Notes under the pieces: generated by a model
The model's database searches: none
The model's input: only the letters and a program-made list of their open reading frames with translations
Told to the model about the DNA's origin: nothing
In this document: positions 10,272-20,016 of the stretch, piece after piece
How positions within the stretch are numbered: position 1 is the stretch's first letter
How the letters are laid out: each line of letters begins with the position of its first letter
From: an uncultured bacterium
GTDB taxonomy: Bacteria; Zixibacteria; MSB-5A5; UBA10806
NCBI GenBank assembly: GCA_965541585.1
Contig: CBEUCH010000010.1
Location: 1 to 64,000, forward strand
Reading direction: 5' to 3'
Length of the DNA stretch: 64,000 nt
Position numbers and translations under genes: made by a program

Positions 10272-10279
10272 GATCCTCC

Positions 10280-12064
10280 CTATTTTAAATAAAGCATTCT
10301 GCCTTTAAGATTGTTCCGCTGCAATGTAACTTTAAAATAGTAAACTCCGCTGGCGAGGGTCGCCCCTGATCTTTCCTCGAGATCGACCGGAATCCTGTTT
10401 CTCCCGGAAGATAAAAGGAGATTCCGAGCGGCGATCTTCCTCCCCCGAACGTCGAATATCTCGAGATAGGCCGTCTGCTCGACAGGAGAGAACAGCAATA
10501 TCATGGTTCTACCGTTGAAAGGATTGGGATAATTGCCCTCGAGCGCTAAATAAGATGGGAGGGCGTTTCCTCCACGGCCTACTGCGGTCGGCTCCAGGAA
10601 CGCTGAATATATGTAATCGCCTGAAGCCCCCTGAATGAGATCTGCAACGAGGGCTACCCACAGGTATTGACCGAAATCCTCAAGGATATATTCGCCATCG
10701 TTGGCGTCGTCAATTTCAAAAATGTCGTATACATGGCTGTCGTCGGCAACCGCCTTGATTAACTGCAAGAACCAGATCCTGTCGTCGTCACCGTCGAATA
10801 CGATGTGAAGATTGCCGTCGTGGCCATCATTGGCGAAGAGTATATAATTGCAGCCCGGGGCGGTGGGCCTGGAGATAGACGTCATATCGTCAACGGGATA
10901 TTCCGAGTGCGTTCGCATTGTGCGCGCCAGAGTATAATTTGAACCCTCCTCGTAATGGCTGCCATCGTCTCTATGATCGGTTAGATAGTTCCAGAGGGAA
11001 AATATCTTATACTGCTCCTCGAGGAAGGTCCCGTAATCGTTGCATGTTAACTCCAGGGCGGTTTCTGCATCGTTGTTGATTGTGTAATTCCACGATGAGA
11101 GGATAAACTCATGACCCCAATTTTCATAGAGAAACATGGGCCATATGAAACTCCCGTACTCGAATCCACCGTTGGCTGTAAAAAGGGAGAGGTGTGGGTA
11201 ATTCAGAAAATAGCGAAGGTAAGCGTAGTTATCATTGATCTCATCCCAGATGATATCTTCTATCCAGGTGGCGCAGTTTTCCAGGTACCAGCCTCCGGCA
11301 CGGGCATTGTAGGCAAACTGGACAGCGTGAAAGAACTCATGGGCGGAGGTCACCTTCATGGGCACCGTGCGATCTTCATACCCGAATCCGTCATAAGTCG
11401 GATCGACATAGATGTAACTGGTAAAATCATTGTCGCGGCCCGGACGCTGGTTCGATGGGAATTCCTGGAAAGCAACTCCATAGGCTCCGGGGTATCTGTG
11501 CATGTAGACATCGTAGAGATCCTCTCCTCCTCCACGAGAGCCGTCGTAGGGGGGGGTATCGTACCCCAATGTGTCGCATGAATAGTACCAGGCCAGGTCG
11601 AAATATTCGGCGGTTCGGTTCACGAAGTCCGGGACACCATCGGCTGGATCGTTATCGATATCGGGTTGATAGACTGCATGGCCTCCGGCGGTATCATAAT
11701 GGATTCTGAAGAAACCGGAGGGCGAATCAAAGAAGGTTTGCTTATCAACCCGGTATAATAAGAACGAGAACCGCCTCTTGAACTCATCGTCCGTTTCGCC
11801 CCAGTTTTGCTTGATATCCATGACCAGAAGGGTGCCATCCTTTAAAGGGCGTTCAATAATGTACTCAGGTGGTAGCGAAGCGGGGTCGGTCAACGTCAGG
11901 GCTTTCAGTGTAAGCTTCTCCGTAAGAGTCAGTTTGCCGCTTTCGAAATCCGATTCTATATTATCCAGCCCATCGCATATAGCTTCCGATGGATAGCCCC
12001 AGAGGATTATTCCGGCGATTATTAAGGCGGTTGGGATTTTAGAAAAAGTCTCTTTCATCTTCAT
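10280..12064 (-). CDS. Secreted zinc metalloprotease (MXAN_6640-like) with T9SS CTD
   Basis: FRIHY..G, AHEFFHAVQ (HExxH) with downstream WYLENCATWIE, and a CTD (NYPNPFN...MLYLK). Confidence 0.85.
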   Translation of the reverse strand: MKMKETFSKIPTALIIAGIILWGYPSEAICDGLDNIESDFESGKLTLTEKLTLKALTLTDPASLPPEYIIERPLKDGTLLVMDIKQNWGETDDEFKRRFSFLLYRVDKQTFFDSPSGFFRIHYDTAGGHAVYQPDIDNDPADGVPDFVNRTAEYFDLAWYYSCDTLGYDTPPYDGSRGGGEDLYDVYMHRYPGAYGVAFQEFPSNQRPGRDNDFTSYIYVDPTYDGFGYEDRTVPMKVTSAHEFFHAVQFAYNARAGGWYLENCATWIEDIIWDEINDNYAYLRYFLNYPHLSLFTANGGFEYGSFIWPMFLYENWGHEFILSSWNYTINNDAETALELTCNDYGTFLEEQYKIFSLWNYLTDHRDDGSHYEEGSNYTLARTMRTHSEYPVDDMTSISRPTAPGCNYILFANDGHDGNLHIVFDGDDDRIWFLQLIKAVADDSHVYDIFEIDDANDGEYILEDFGQYLWVALVADLIQGASGDYIYSAFLEPTAVGRGGNALPSYLALEGNYPNPFNGRTMILLFSPVEQTAYLEIFDVRGRKIAARNLLLSSGRNRIPVDLEERSGATLASGVYYFKVTLQRNNLKGRMLYLK

Positions 12065-12071
12065 TTATTCT

Positions 12072-12099
12072 AATTTAACCTAATACTATTGGTTGTCAA
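12072..12099 (-). promoter_or_regulatory. Sigma-70-type promoter (TTGACA-16-TAAATT), 7 nt before ATG
   Basis: Direct motif reading on the minus strand; no Shine-Dalgarno sequence between the -10 box and the ATG. Confidence 0.55.
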
Positions 12100-12250
12100 T
12101 TCAATTTCCGTATGGAGGGGTAATCTGTTATTTATAAGGGGATTACAGATAATTCCGAATTCAATCAGAGGCTTTTCAGAGGGCTGGAAAAAGGACAAAT
12201 AACTCTCCGCTCTCCACAACATGAGCATCTGCGACTTCCCGACCGGAATA

Positions 12251-15200
12251 TTAAAATTCCGCTCCAAACGAAAAATATGTCTCCGGCTTGGGAGCGATAT
12301 CGGAGAGGTTCGTTGCCCAGCCGAGGTCAACTCTCAATACGAATATACCGAGGTTAGCGCGTGCGCCCACGCCAAAGCCACCCTTTACGCTCCCCAGAGT
12401 TGGGAATCCTCTTCGATCGTCGAAGAAGCGGAACTCCTTGTTATAATTCCAGGCGGCGCCCATATCCCAGAAAATGGCTCCCGACACCTGCTGTAAAGTG
12501 ATGGGTAACGGGAAACGAAGTCTAAAATAATCTATGAACGGATATCGAAACTCAAGATTAGCTATACTGTAATGGGACCCGACCTCGTCGAAATACGAAT
12601 ACCCTCTCAAGGGGACGATAATCTCATTTACGTATATGTCCTCGACTCCGTATATGTCGGCGGTGGCCCGTTTCGGTCCGATCCAGTTTGATGAGCCACC
12701 CAGATAGAACTTCTTGGTATCTGCCCCGCTCGATCCTCCTCCGCCTAAACGCAGCGCCAAATTGTAGCGACCCCAGAAATGCCAGTATTTGCGGTAATCC
12801 ACCTGTATCGACCTGTAGGACAAACCGCTGTTTACGGCCTTGACTGAATTTTCGAACGATACCTTGTATCTCTGGCCAGCCACGGGTCCGACGATGCCCC
12901 ATATAACGGCATCGTTTACATATTCCAGACTTGTGGAGAGAACATTGGTAGTGCTATTAGGTTCAAAAAGGAAATTATCCCTTGCCACCGTCAGCTGCGT
13001 CAGGTATAGATCGAGCCGCGAGAATCTCGAAAACGGATAACTCGCATAGCCCTGGGCGCCGTAAACCCTGTCGGAGAAATAGAATCTTGAAAAATCATCG
13101 TAATAGAGGTTCTTGAAATGGAAGATTCCACCAGCGTAGTCTATTCTCTTGCCGGTGTAGGCATAGCTGACCTGGATATTGGATTGGTCTATGGTGTTCA
13201 CGAGATCTGTGAAAACGTAGAAGTGGTGGTTGCCGAAAATATCTGAAATGGACAAGAAAGATTGTCCTCTCAGCCCATAAAAGTTATCGTAGGAGAATCC
13301 TCCGGTGACCAACTCCGGAGAGAATTTCAATTTATATTGTTTTTGCTTATAGCGTCCATCCGGGAGAAGATATTCCAGCGTATCTTCGACAGGAATCTCG
13401 GCGGTCTCTGTAGCAGCATAGAGAGAGTCAGATTCAGCTTCCGTATCATCGGTTTTATCAATCATGCCCTCTCCGGCGCGGAATATATAGCTGCTGAAAT
13501 CCAGCGACGTGTCTTCAATAGTGTCAATTCCAAGCGTTTTTTCCCTGGCAACCATTTCGATTCGAGGAACGAAAATATTCTCCTCCCCGTTTCTTAGTTT
13601 CTGCATATACGGGGTCAACGTAAGCTCGCCGGTTTCCGGCGCGACGTTTTTCAAATCCTCCAGGGTATATATATCGAATCCGAAATTGTTGAACGCCGAA
13701 AATGCAATTTTGTCGCCATCAGGAGACCAGGACGGAGAAAAGGCGCCCGATATTATGTTGGTCAATGGGAATTCGTTGCCCGAGTTGATCTCATAGAGGT
13801 ATAAATTGTCTATGCCATTCCTATTGGAGACGAAAGCTATGCGTTCTCCATCTGGGGAGAATGCGGGCTGATTATTCTTATATGGATTAAACGTCAAGGG
13901 CCTTATTTCGTTATGTTCTATATCGAATAGAAAGATGTTATAATTGCCGTAGGCGAAACCTTTATCGTTTTCCTCGTTGTCTCCCGTAGGCCGGTCTGAT
14001 GCAAACGCCAGGAATCGGCCGTCCGGTGACCATGAAGGGTCGCTGTCGTCGTACTTATCTTGATTAAGACGAGTCAGATTAGCATCTTCGATATCGTAGG
14101 TATAAAGATCAGTGAAACCTTCATTCATACCCTGGAAAGCTATCTTGTTGCCGTCCGGCGACCATGAAGGATTGCGCATACTGCTAAGCGCCGGGTCGAT
14201 TTTCATCTTGCGGTCACCGTTCTCGGCATCGCATATAAAAATAACATCGCGACCGCTGCTTTTGCTCACAAAGGCAATCTGTTTCCCATCGGGCGACCAG
14301 GCAATTCCGGATATATAAGAGTGTAAAGATTCCAGATCGCCGGATCGCTCCGCTTTGACGAGGCGGGAAATGATCTTACCATCGATAGTGGAAATAATAT
14401 AGATTTCGTTGAAGCGATCGGAATAACCGTGCCGCGGATTGGATCTGTCTGAAAAGAAGGCCAGCCGGTCTCTCTTAGGAGACCATTCCGGCTTCTGGTT
14501 ATATATGGATCCGTCCTCTGTATGATCTGTCAGAGGTTCGGCAATTTCTCCGGGCTCTTGCCTTTCCGCTATCTCCGGCCAGTAAATGCGCTTCAGAGCT
14601 TTCTGCCACTGGTCCGAAAGATCCATCATGGATAATCCCAGGGCGGCTTTAACAGCCCTTTCCATGGTAACCTGGACCTTACCCTTACTCAAGATTTCAA
14701 ATATTTTCTCTTCGCCGTATTTTTCCGATATGAAGTTAAGGGCAGATTGTCCGCCTTTATATGCCAGGAATCCGCCCATTAGCTCCAGAGGCGGTAGATA
14801 CCCCTCGATGACAGCATCGCGGACAAACATATCGGCTTGGAGATCCCATCCGCGACGGGATGAATACTCTGCGTAGCCCTCCGAGAACCACAATGGTGGT
14901 CGGAATAAAGCCTCCCGGGAGAAGATTGACTTAATGGCGTTACCGTAAAGAAGATCGAACCAGACCGCGTGAGTCAATTCATGATGTAAGACGTGGCGAA
15001 AATCCTCATAGGAGCCGGTGAAGGGTATTACTATACGACTCTGGAAGACCTCGGTGAACCCCCCGACCCCTTCGGGAATAAGCTCCGATATGACATTGGT
15101 CTGCTGAAATTCATTGTGCGAAGCGTAGATTATTATGGGTACCCGCTCTGACAGGGTATAATTCAATTCCTCTCTGATCTCTTTATATGCATCCTCGAGC

Positions 15201-15391
15201 GTACCGGCTGCAAATATCGCCAGCGTATCTTCACCCCGGTAGAAATATATATCGAAATTGGAGGTCTGAATATAACGCCAGTTGAAATCTCTATACTGGA
15301 CCTTGTTCTGACCGAAGTAGACATTTTGAGCGATTGCAGACTGCCAGACGGTTACTGCCAGCAACCCCAGGATTATCCGTTTAATTATCAT
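12251..15391 (-). CDS. Omp85/BamA-superfamily protein with N-terminal metallopeptidase-like domain and PD40 (TolB-like) propeller
   Basis: HHELTH plus WFSEGYAEY, repeated PxWSPDG motifs, a C-terminal barrel with an LRGY loop-6 motif, and terminal FSFGAEF. Confidence 0.85.
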   Translation of the reverse strand: MIIKRIILGLLAVTVWQSAIAQNVYFGQNKVQYRDFNWRYIQTSNFDIYFYRGEDTLAIFAAGTLEDAYKEIREELNYTLSERVPIIIYASHNEFQQTNVISELIPEGVGGFTEVFQSRIVIPFTGSYEDFRHVLHHELTHAVWFDLLYGNAIKSIFSREALFRPPLWFSEGYAEYSSRRGWDLQADMFVRDAVIEGYLPPLELMGGFLAYKGGQSALNFISEKYGEEKIFEILSKGKVQVTMERAVKAALGLSMMDLSDQWQKALKRIYWPEIAERQEPGEIAEPLTDHTEDGSIYNQKPEWSPKRDRLAFFSDRSNPRHGYSDRFNEIYIISTIDGKIISRLVKAERSGDLESLHSYISGIAWSPDGKQIAFVSKSSGRDVIFICDAENGDRKMKIDPALSSMRNPSWSPDGNKIAFQGMNEGFTDLYTYDIEDANLTRLNQDKYDDSDPSWSPDGRFLAFASDRPTGDNEENDKGFAYGNYNIFLFDIEHNEIRPLTFNPYKNNQPAFSPDGERIAFVSNRNGIDNLYLYEINSGNEFPLTNIISGAFSPSWSPDGDKIAFSAFNNFGFDIYTLEDLKNVAPETGELTLTPYMQKLRNGEENIFVPRIEMVAREKTLGIDTIEDTSLDFSSYIFRAGEGMIDKTDDTEAESDSLYAATETAEIPVEDTLEYLLPDGRYKQKQYKLKFSPELVTGGFSYDNFYGLRGQSFLSISDIFGNHHFYVFTDLVNTIDQSNIQVSYAYTGKRIDYAGGIFHFKNLYYDDFSRFYFSDRVYGAQGYASYPFSRFSRLDLYLTQLTVARDNFLFEPNSTTNVLSTSLEYVNDAVIWGIVGPVAGQRYKVSFENSVKAVNSGLSYRSIQVDYRKYWHFWGRYNLALRLGGGGSSGADTKKFYLGGSSNWIGPKRATADIYGVEDIYVNEIIVPLRGYSYFDEVGSHYSIANLEFRYPFIDYFRLRFPLPITLQQVSGAIFWDMGAAWNYNKEFRFFDDRRGFPTLGSVKGGFGVGARANLGIFVLRVDLGWATNLSDIAPKPETYFSFGAEF

Positions 15392-15467
15392 CCAATTAAC
15401 TCCATTTTGTCTCTCTTCCTCCTATTAGAACAGGACTCTGCCGAAGCTGGTTCCGATTCCAATGATG

Positions 15468-16730
15468 TTACAGGGAAACCCGCCTGATATTCCCCCCCAG
15501 GCTCTCTAATTTCTTTTCAAATGACTCGTAACCTCTATCAATATGGTAGATCCTGAGGACCTCCGAATCTCCGCCGGCTGCGAGTGCGCCAACAACCAAC
15601 CCGGCCCCGGCGCGAATATCCGAGGCCATCACCGATGCCCCGTTTAGCCGTCTGGCGCCGCTTACGACAGCCTCGTCTCCCGATATTTTTATATCGGCGC
15701 CAAGGCGCTGGAGTTCCATAACATGCGTAAACCGTTCGGTGAAAACCGTTTCACGTATATATGATGTACCATTCCCGATTGCCGCGAAAGCCATTGTGGC
15801 TGCCTGCAGATCGGTGGGGAAACCGGGAAAAGGATAAGTGGTAATTCTGACCGGTCCGGGGCGTCCCCGGCGAGAGGCGATGATACTGTCTTTCCTGACC
15901 ACTATGTCCATGCCCGCTTCACGCAGCTTGGAAATCAGGATCTCGTTGCCTGATGGGTCGGTTCTGGCTATTTCGATTCGTCCGCCGCAGGCGCTCACAG
16001 CCAGCAAGAAAGTGCCGGCTTCCAGACGGTCGGACATGATATGATGCTCTGCCGCACGAAGCTTTCTGACACCGGCAATTTCAACTCTGGCAGTTCCGGC
16101 GCCATCGATTCTGGCTCCCATCTTATTCAGGAAGATAGCGAGATCGACAACTTCCGGATCGCAGGCAGCATTGATGATAGTCGTTTTTCCTTTTGCCAGA
16201 ACAGCCGCCATCATGACATTTTCGGTACCGGTATGACTTGGTCTATCGAAGAATATATCGGTTCCTGTAAGCGATTTCGCCGTGGCCGTAATGTACCCTT
16301 TGCTCTCGGTCACCCGAGCACCGAGGCGCTTGAATCCCAGAATGTGCTGATCGACCGGGCGCGGACCCAGGACGCATCCACCGGGAAGGGACACCCTGGC
16401 TTTTCCCAAACGACTCAGAAGCGGTCCCATAACCAGAAAAGAGGCTCTCATTTTGCGAACCAGATCGTAAGGTGCATTATGGCTCGTGATATTGGTGGCG
16501 TCGACTACCAGGCTGCCCGTTTCAGGGTCGTGTATGGTTTTTGCGCCGAGACCTTTTATGACTCCGATGATCGTTCTTATGTCCATGAGGTTCGGCACGT
16601 TGGTCAATATCGTGCTGCCCTTTTCCGCCAGTAGCGAGGCTACCATGATCGGCAGGGCGGCGTTTTTCGAACCCGAAATCTCGACTTTGCCCGATAGTCT
16701 CTTGCCGCCTTTTACAACGAACTTATCCAT
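15468..16730 (-). CDS. murA: UDP-N-acetylglucosamine 1-carboxyvinyltransferase
   Basis: SGSKNAALP, MRAS, LPGGCVLGPRP (catalytic Cys), PGFPTDLQ and HIDRGYE. Confidence 0.98.
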   Translation of the reverse strand: MDKFVVKGGKRLSGKVEISGSKNAALPIMVASLLAEKGSTILTNVPNLMDIRTIIGVIKGLGAKTIHDPETGSLVVDATNITSHNAPYDLVRKMRASFLVMGPLLSRLGKARVSLPGGCVLGPRPVDQHILGFKRLGARVTESKGYITATAKSLTGTDIFFDRPSHTGTENVMMAAVLAKGKTTIINAACDPEVVDLAIFLNKMGARIDGAGTARVEIAGVRKLRAAEHHIMSDRLEAGTFLLAVSACGGRIEIARTDPSGNEILISKLREAGMDIVVRKDSIIASRRGRPGPVRITTYPFPGFPTDLQAATMAFAAIGNGTSYIRETVFTERFTHVMELQRLGADIKISGDEAVVSGARRLNGASVMASDIRAGAGLVVGALAAGGDSEVLRIYHIDRGYESFEKKLESLGGNIRRVSL

Positions 16731-16833
16731 AAACCCTTTCTACAATGATATTTGACACAAGAACAGCCGTCCGGTTTATACGCTTCCAAATATCTTTTGC
16801 TCCATCGTTTGTGATTATATTATAATGGCAACA

Positions 16834-17571
16834 ATGGAGCAAGATAATAGATCCGGGAGTAAAGTTTACTTTGTTTCAGATGCCCATCTGGATATCAGAG
16901 AAAGCCCGTCGGAGCATGAAAACAGGCTGCTTAAAGTATTCGAAAGAATCAAGAAGAATGGCTCGCATCTCCATATCGTGGGGGATCTCTTCGATTTCTG
17001 GTTCGAGTATATATATGCGATTCCGGCGGCATACTTGAGGGTGGTATCCGCGCTTCTGGATTTGACGCAAAGCGGAGTGGAGGTTTACTATATCCCCGGA
17101 AATCATGATTTCTGGATGCGAGATTTTCTCTGGCGGCAGGCCGGGGTCAAGCTGACTGAGGATCTTTTCGAGGTCCGTCATTTCGGCAAGAAGATTTTGA
17201 TTACACACGGCGATGGTATTAGAACGGACGATCGCGGGTATCGCTTTATCAAAAGGATTTTCCGCAACCGCTTTTGCATCTGGCTGTACTCCCAACTTCC
17301 GGTCAATATTGCATACCGGCTGGCCATGCGGACATCGCGAGCGTCCCGCCAATATACGAGCGCCCGGGAAATGAGCGATTCGACCGATTATATCGATTTC
17401 GCCAGACAGAAGATTGATGATGGATATGACGCCGTCGTAATGGGACATGTTCATAAGCCGGAGATTACAGAGGCCGGATCGGGTGTATATGTTAATTGCG
17501 GCGATTTTTTCAAAAACTTCAGTTTCGTCGTTCTGGACGAGAATGGATTTCAACTGAAAACACTGGATTAA
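16834..17571 (+). CDS. lpxH: UDP-2,3-diacylglucosamine diphosphatase (LpxH-like metallophosphoesterase); start 16825 or 16834
   Basis: SDAHL, GDLFDFW, GNHD, HGD and MGHVH calcineurin-like motifs. Confidence 0.8.
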   Translation: MEQDNRSGSKVYFVSDAHLDIRESPSEHENRLLKVFERIKKNGSHLHIVGDLFDFWFEYIYAIPAAYLRVVSALLDLTQSGVEVYYIPGNHDFWMRDFLWRQAGVKLTEDLFEVRHFGKKILITHGDGIRTDDRGYRFIKRIFRNRFCIWLYSQLPVNIAYRLAMRTSRASRQYTSAREMSDSTDYIDFARQKIDDGYDAVVMGHVHKPEITEAGSGVYVNCGDFFKNFSFVVLDENGFQLKTLD

Positions 17572-17628
17572 GATTATGAGAACTTCTAAATTACATACGT
17601 GACCGGGGATATTCACCAGGGAAACTAT

Positions 17629-19914
17629 ATGGAACCGAAAGTAGATTTAAAATTGGCGAAAGAGCATGGCCTGGATGAGGAGGAGTTCCAGAGGATAAAA
17701 TCCATCCTCGAGCGGACTCCCACGTATACCGAACTGGGTATCTTTTCGGTAATGTGGTCTGAGCATTGCTCCTATAAAAATTCGATAGCGCAGTTGAAAA
17801 CTCTTCCGCGTGAGGGGCCGGCTCTGCTGGCCGAGGCGGGGGAGGAAAACGCCGGGGCAGTCGATATCGGAGACGGCCTGGCCGTGGTTTTCAAGATAGA
17901 ATCGCACAACCATCCGTCGGCGGTTGAACCGTATCAGGGGGCGGCGACCGGAGTCGGCGGCATCCTCAGGGATATCTTCACCATGGGAGCGAGGCCGGTG
18001 GCGGTCTTGAATTCGCTGCGGTTCGGGCGGCTTGATAATCCGAAGGTGCGTTATCTTTTCGATGGCGTAGTCCGGGGGATCGGGGATTATGGTAACTGTT
18101 TCGGTGTGCCCGATATAGGCGGGGAGATCTATTTCGAGGAGGCCTACACCGGTAATCCGCTGGTCAACCCCATGGCGGTCGGTATCGCCAAGCATTCGGA
18201 ATTGATTTCGGCTGTAAGTAAAGGGGAAAATAACATCGCGCTGGTCGTGGGATCATCGACCGGCCGTGACGGTATCCATGGTGCCACCTTCGCCTCGGAG
18301 GAGCTTTCGGAAAAATCCGAGTCGAGACGGCCCTCGGTGCAGATAGGAGATCCCTTCACCGAAAAACTGCTGCTGGAAGCGACCCTCGAGGTTATCCGCA
18401 AGAAATTAGTTGTGGGGATACAGGATATGGGTGCCGCCGGGCTGACCTGCTCGTCGTCGGAGATGTCCGCCAAGGGGGAGTCCGGCATGAGGCTCGAGAT
18501 CGATAAGGTGCCGGTGCGCGAAGAGCTGATGACGCCTTATGAGATAATGTTATCCGAGTCGCAGGAGAGGATGCTGGTAGTCTGCACGCCTGAGAAAGTC
18601 GACGATATAAAATCTATCTATAAGAGATGGGGAATCCATGCCGAGGAAATAGGCCGGGTAATATCGGGAGGGCAGTTGGTGGTGCACAACAACGGTCAGA
18701 AAGTGGCGGACATACCTGCGGTCTCCCTGGTATTGGGGGGCGATGCCCCGGTTTACGTGAGGCAGCAAGAAAAACCGGCCTATATCGATGAGCATGCCGG
18801 ATTCGACCTATCCTCCGTCCCGGTTCCAGATGATATGAATCAGATTTTGGAAAACCTCCTGGCCTCGCCAAACATAGCCTCCAAGCGATGGGTTTACGAA
18901 CAATATGATACATCGGTGAGAACATCGACCACCGTCGGCCCGGGATCATCGGCGGGCGTTATCAGGATTCGTAAGACCAACAAGGCGCTGGCCATGACCA
19001 CCGATTGTAACGGCCGTTATTGCTACCTGAATCCCGGGGAGGGGGCAAAGATAGCGGTTGCCGAGGCGGCTTTGAACGTGGCGGCTTCCGGCGGCAAGCC
19101 GGCGGCTATAACCAACTGTTTGAATTTCGGCAACCCTTACGATCCGGAAATATTTTACCAGTTCGCCGAGTGCGTGGCCGGTATGGGGGAGGCCTGCAGG
19201 ATATTCGAGACGCCGGTGACCGGAGGAAATGTCAGTTTCTATAACGAGGATCCCGAGCGGGCGGTCTATCCCACGCCGGTGATCGGGATGGTGGGAATCA
19301 TTGACGATATCAGCCTTATCACCACCGTTGATTTCAAGGATTCCGGTCACGATATTTATTTAATTGGCGAGATGAAGGATGAGATCGGCGGCAGCGAGTA
19401 TCTCAAGACGATCCATGATAAGGTTACAGGTAAAATCCCAGGAATAGATCTCGAGACTCACAAGAAGACAATCGATCTGCTTCTGAACCTGATCAAGTCC
19501 GGCCTGGTTCAATCGGCGCAGGATATATCCGATGGCGGCCTGGCGGTAGCCCTGGCGGAGTGCTGTTTTGCCAACGGTATCGGCGCAACTGTAACAATCG
19601 ATTCCGATATCCGACCCGATAGCCTGCTATTCGGAGAGACACAATCGCGGGTGCTGTTTACGTCGCTGCCGAAGCATCAGACTAAGGTCTGGCAGTTGTT
19701 TGGAAGGCATGGTGTTCCGGTGCAGAAGATAGGGGAGACCGGCGGTGATAGCCTGAAGATAGCATGCGAGATCGGGTCGCCCGACAAAATACCGATACGC
19801 CCGGCGAATGATACACCGAAGGGAGCGAATCTGATCGACCTGCCCGTGGCAAAACTGAGAGATATTTACGAAGGCGCCATTCCGGCCTATATGGAGCATA
19901 TCAGCCAGGCGTAG
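17629..19914 (+). CDS. purL: Phosphoribosylformylglycinamidine synthase subunit PurL (small type)
   Basis: [36 protein letters not shown] and DISDGG. Confidence 0.98.
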   Translation: MEPKVDLKLAKEHGLDEEEFQRIKSILERTPTYTELGIFSVMWSEHCSYKNSIAQLKTLPREGPALLAEAGEENAGAVDIGDGLAVVFKIESHNHPSAVEPYQGAATGVGGILRDIFTMGARPVAVLNSLRFGRLDNPKVRYLFDGVVRGIGDYGNCFGVPDIGGEIYFEEAYTGNPLVNPMAVGIAKHSELISAVSKGENNIALVVGSSTGRDGIHGATFASEELSEKSESRRPSVQIGDPFTEKLLLEATLEVIRKKLVVGIQDMGAAGLTCSSSEMSAKGESGMRLEIDKVPVREELMTPYEIMLSESQERMLVVCTPEKVDDIKSIYKRWGIHAEEIGRVISGGQLVVHNNGQKVADIPAVSLVLGGDAPVYVRQQEKPAYIDEHAGFDLSSVPVPDDMNQILENLLASPNIASKRWVYEQYDTSVRTSTTVGPGSSAGVIRIRKTNKALAMTTDCNGRYCYLNPGEGAKIAVAEAALNVAASGGKPAAITNCLNFGNPYDPEIFYQFAECVAGMGEACRIFETPVTGGNVSFYNEDPERAVYPTPVIGMVGIIDDISLITTVDFKDSGHDIYLIGEMKDEIGGSEYLKTIHDKVTGKIPGIDLETHKKTIDLLLNLIKSGLVQSAQDISDGGLAVALAECCFANGIGATVTIDSDIRPDSLLFGETQSRVLFTSLPKHQTKVWQLFGRHGVPVQKIGETGGDSLKIACEIGSPDKIPIRPANDTPKGANLIDLPVAKLRDIYEGAIPAYMEHISQA

Positions 19915-19956
19915 CTTTTTTAGCATTGCGGTAGCCTCTACAGGCCTGCCTTTCTC

Positions 19957-19984
19957 TTGACAATTCGGCATTCGGCATTACATT
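19957..19984 (+). promoter_or_regulatory. Sigma-70-type promoter (TTGACA-16-TACATT)
   Basis: Motif lies upstream of the GGGAG RBS and the start at 20014/20017. Confidence 0.55.
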
Positions 19985-20016
19985 TACTGTAGAACTTCTA
20001 TTAGGGAGATATCTTG

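Noticed and set aside
16876..17616. Long antisense or alternative-frame ORFs (e.g. 16876-17616, 38735-39388, 28643-29248, 16041-16634)
   Set aside because: They are shadows of well-supported genes on the other strand, with no recognisable motifs or RBS.
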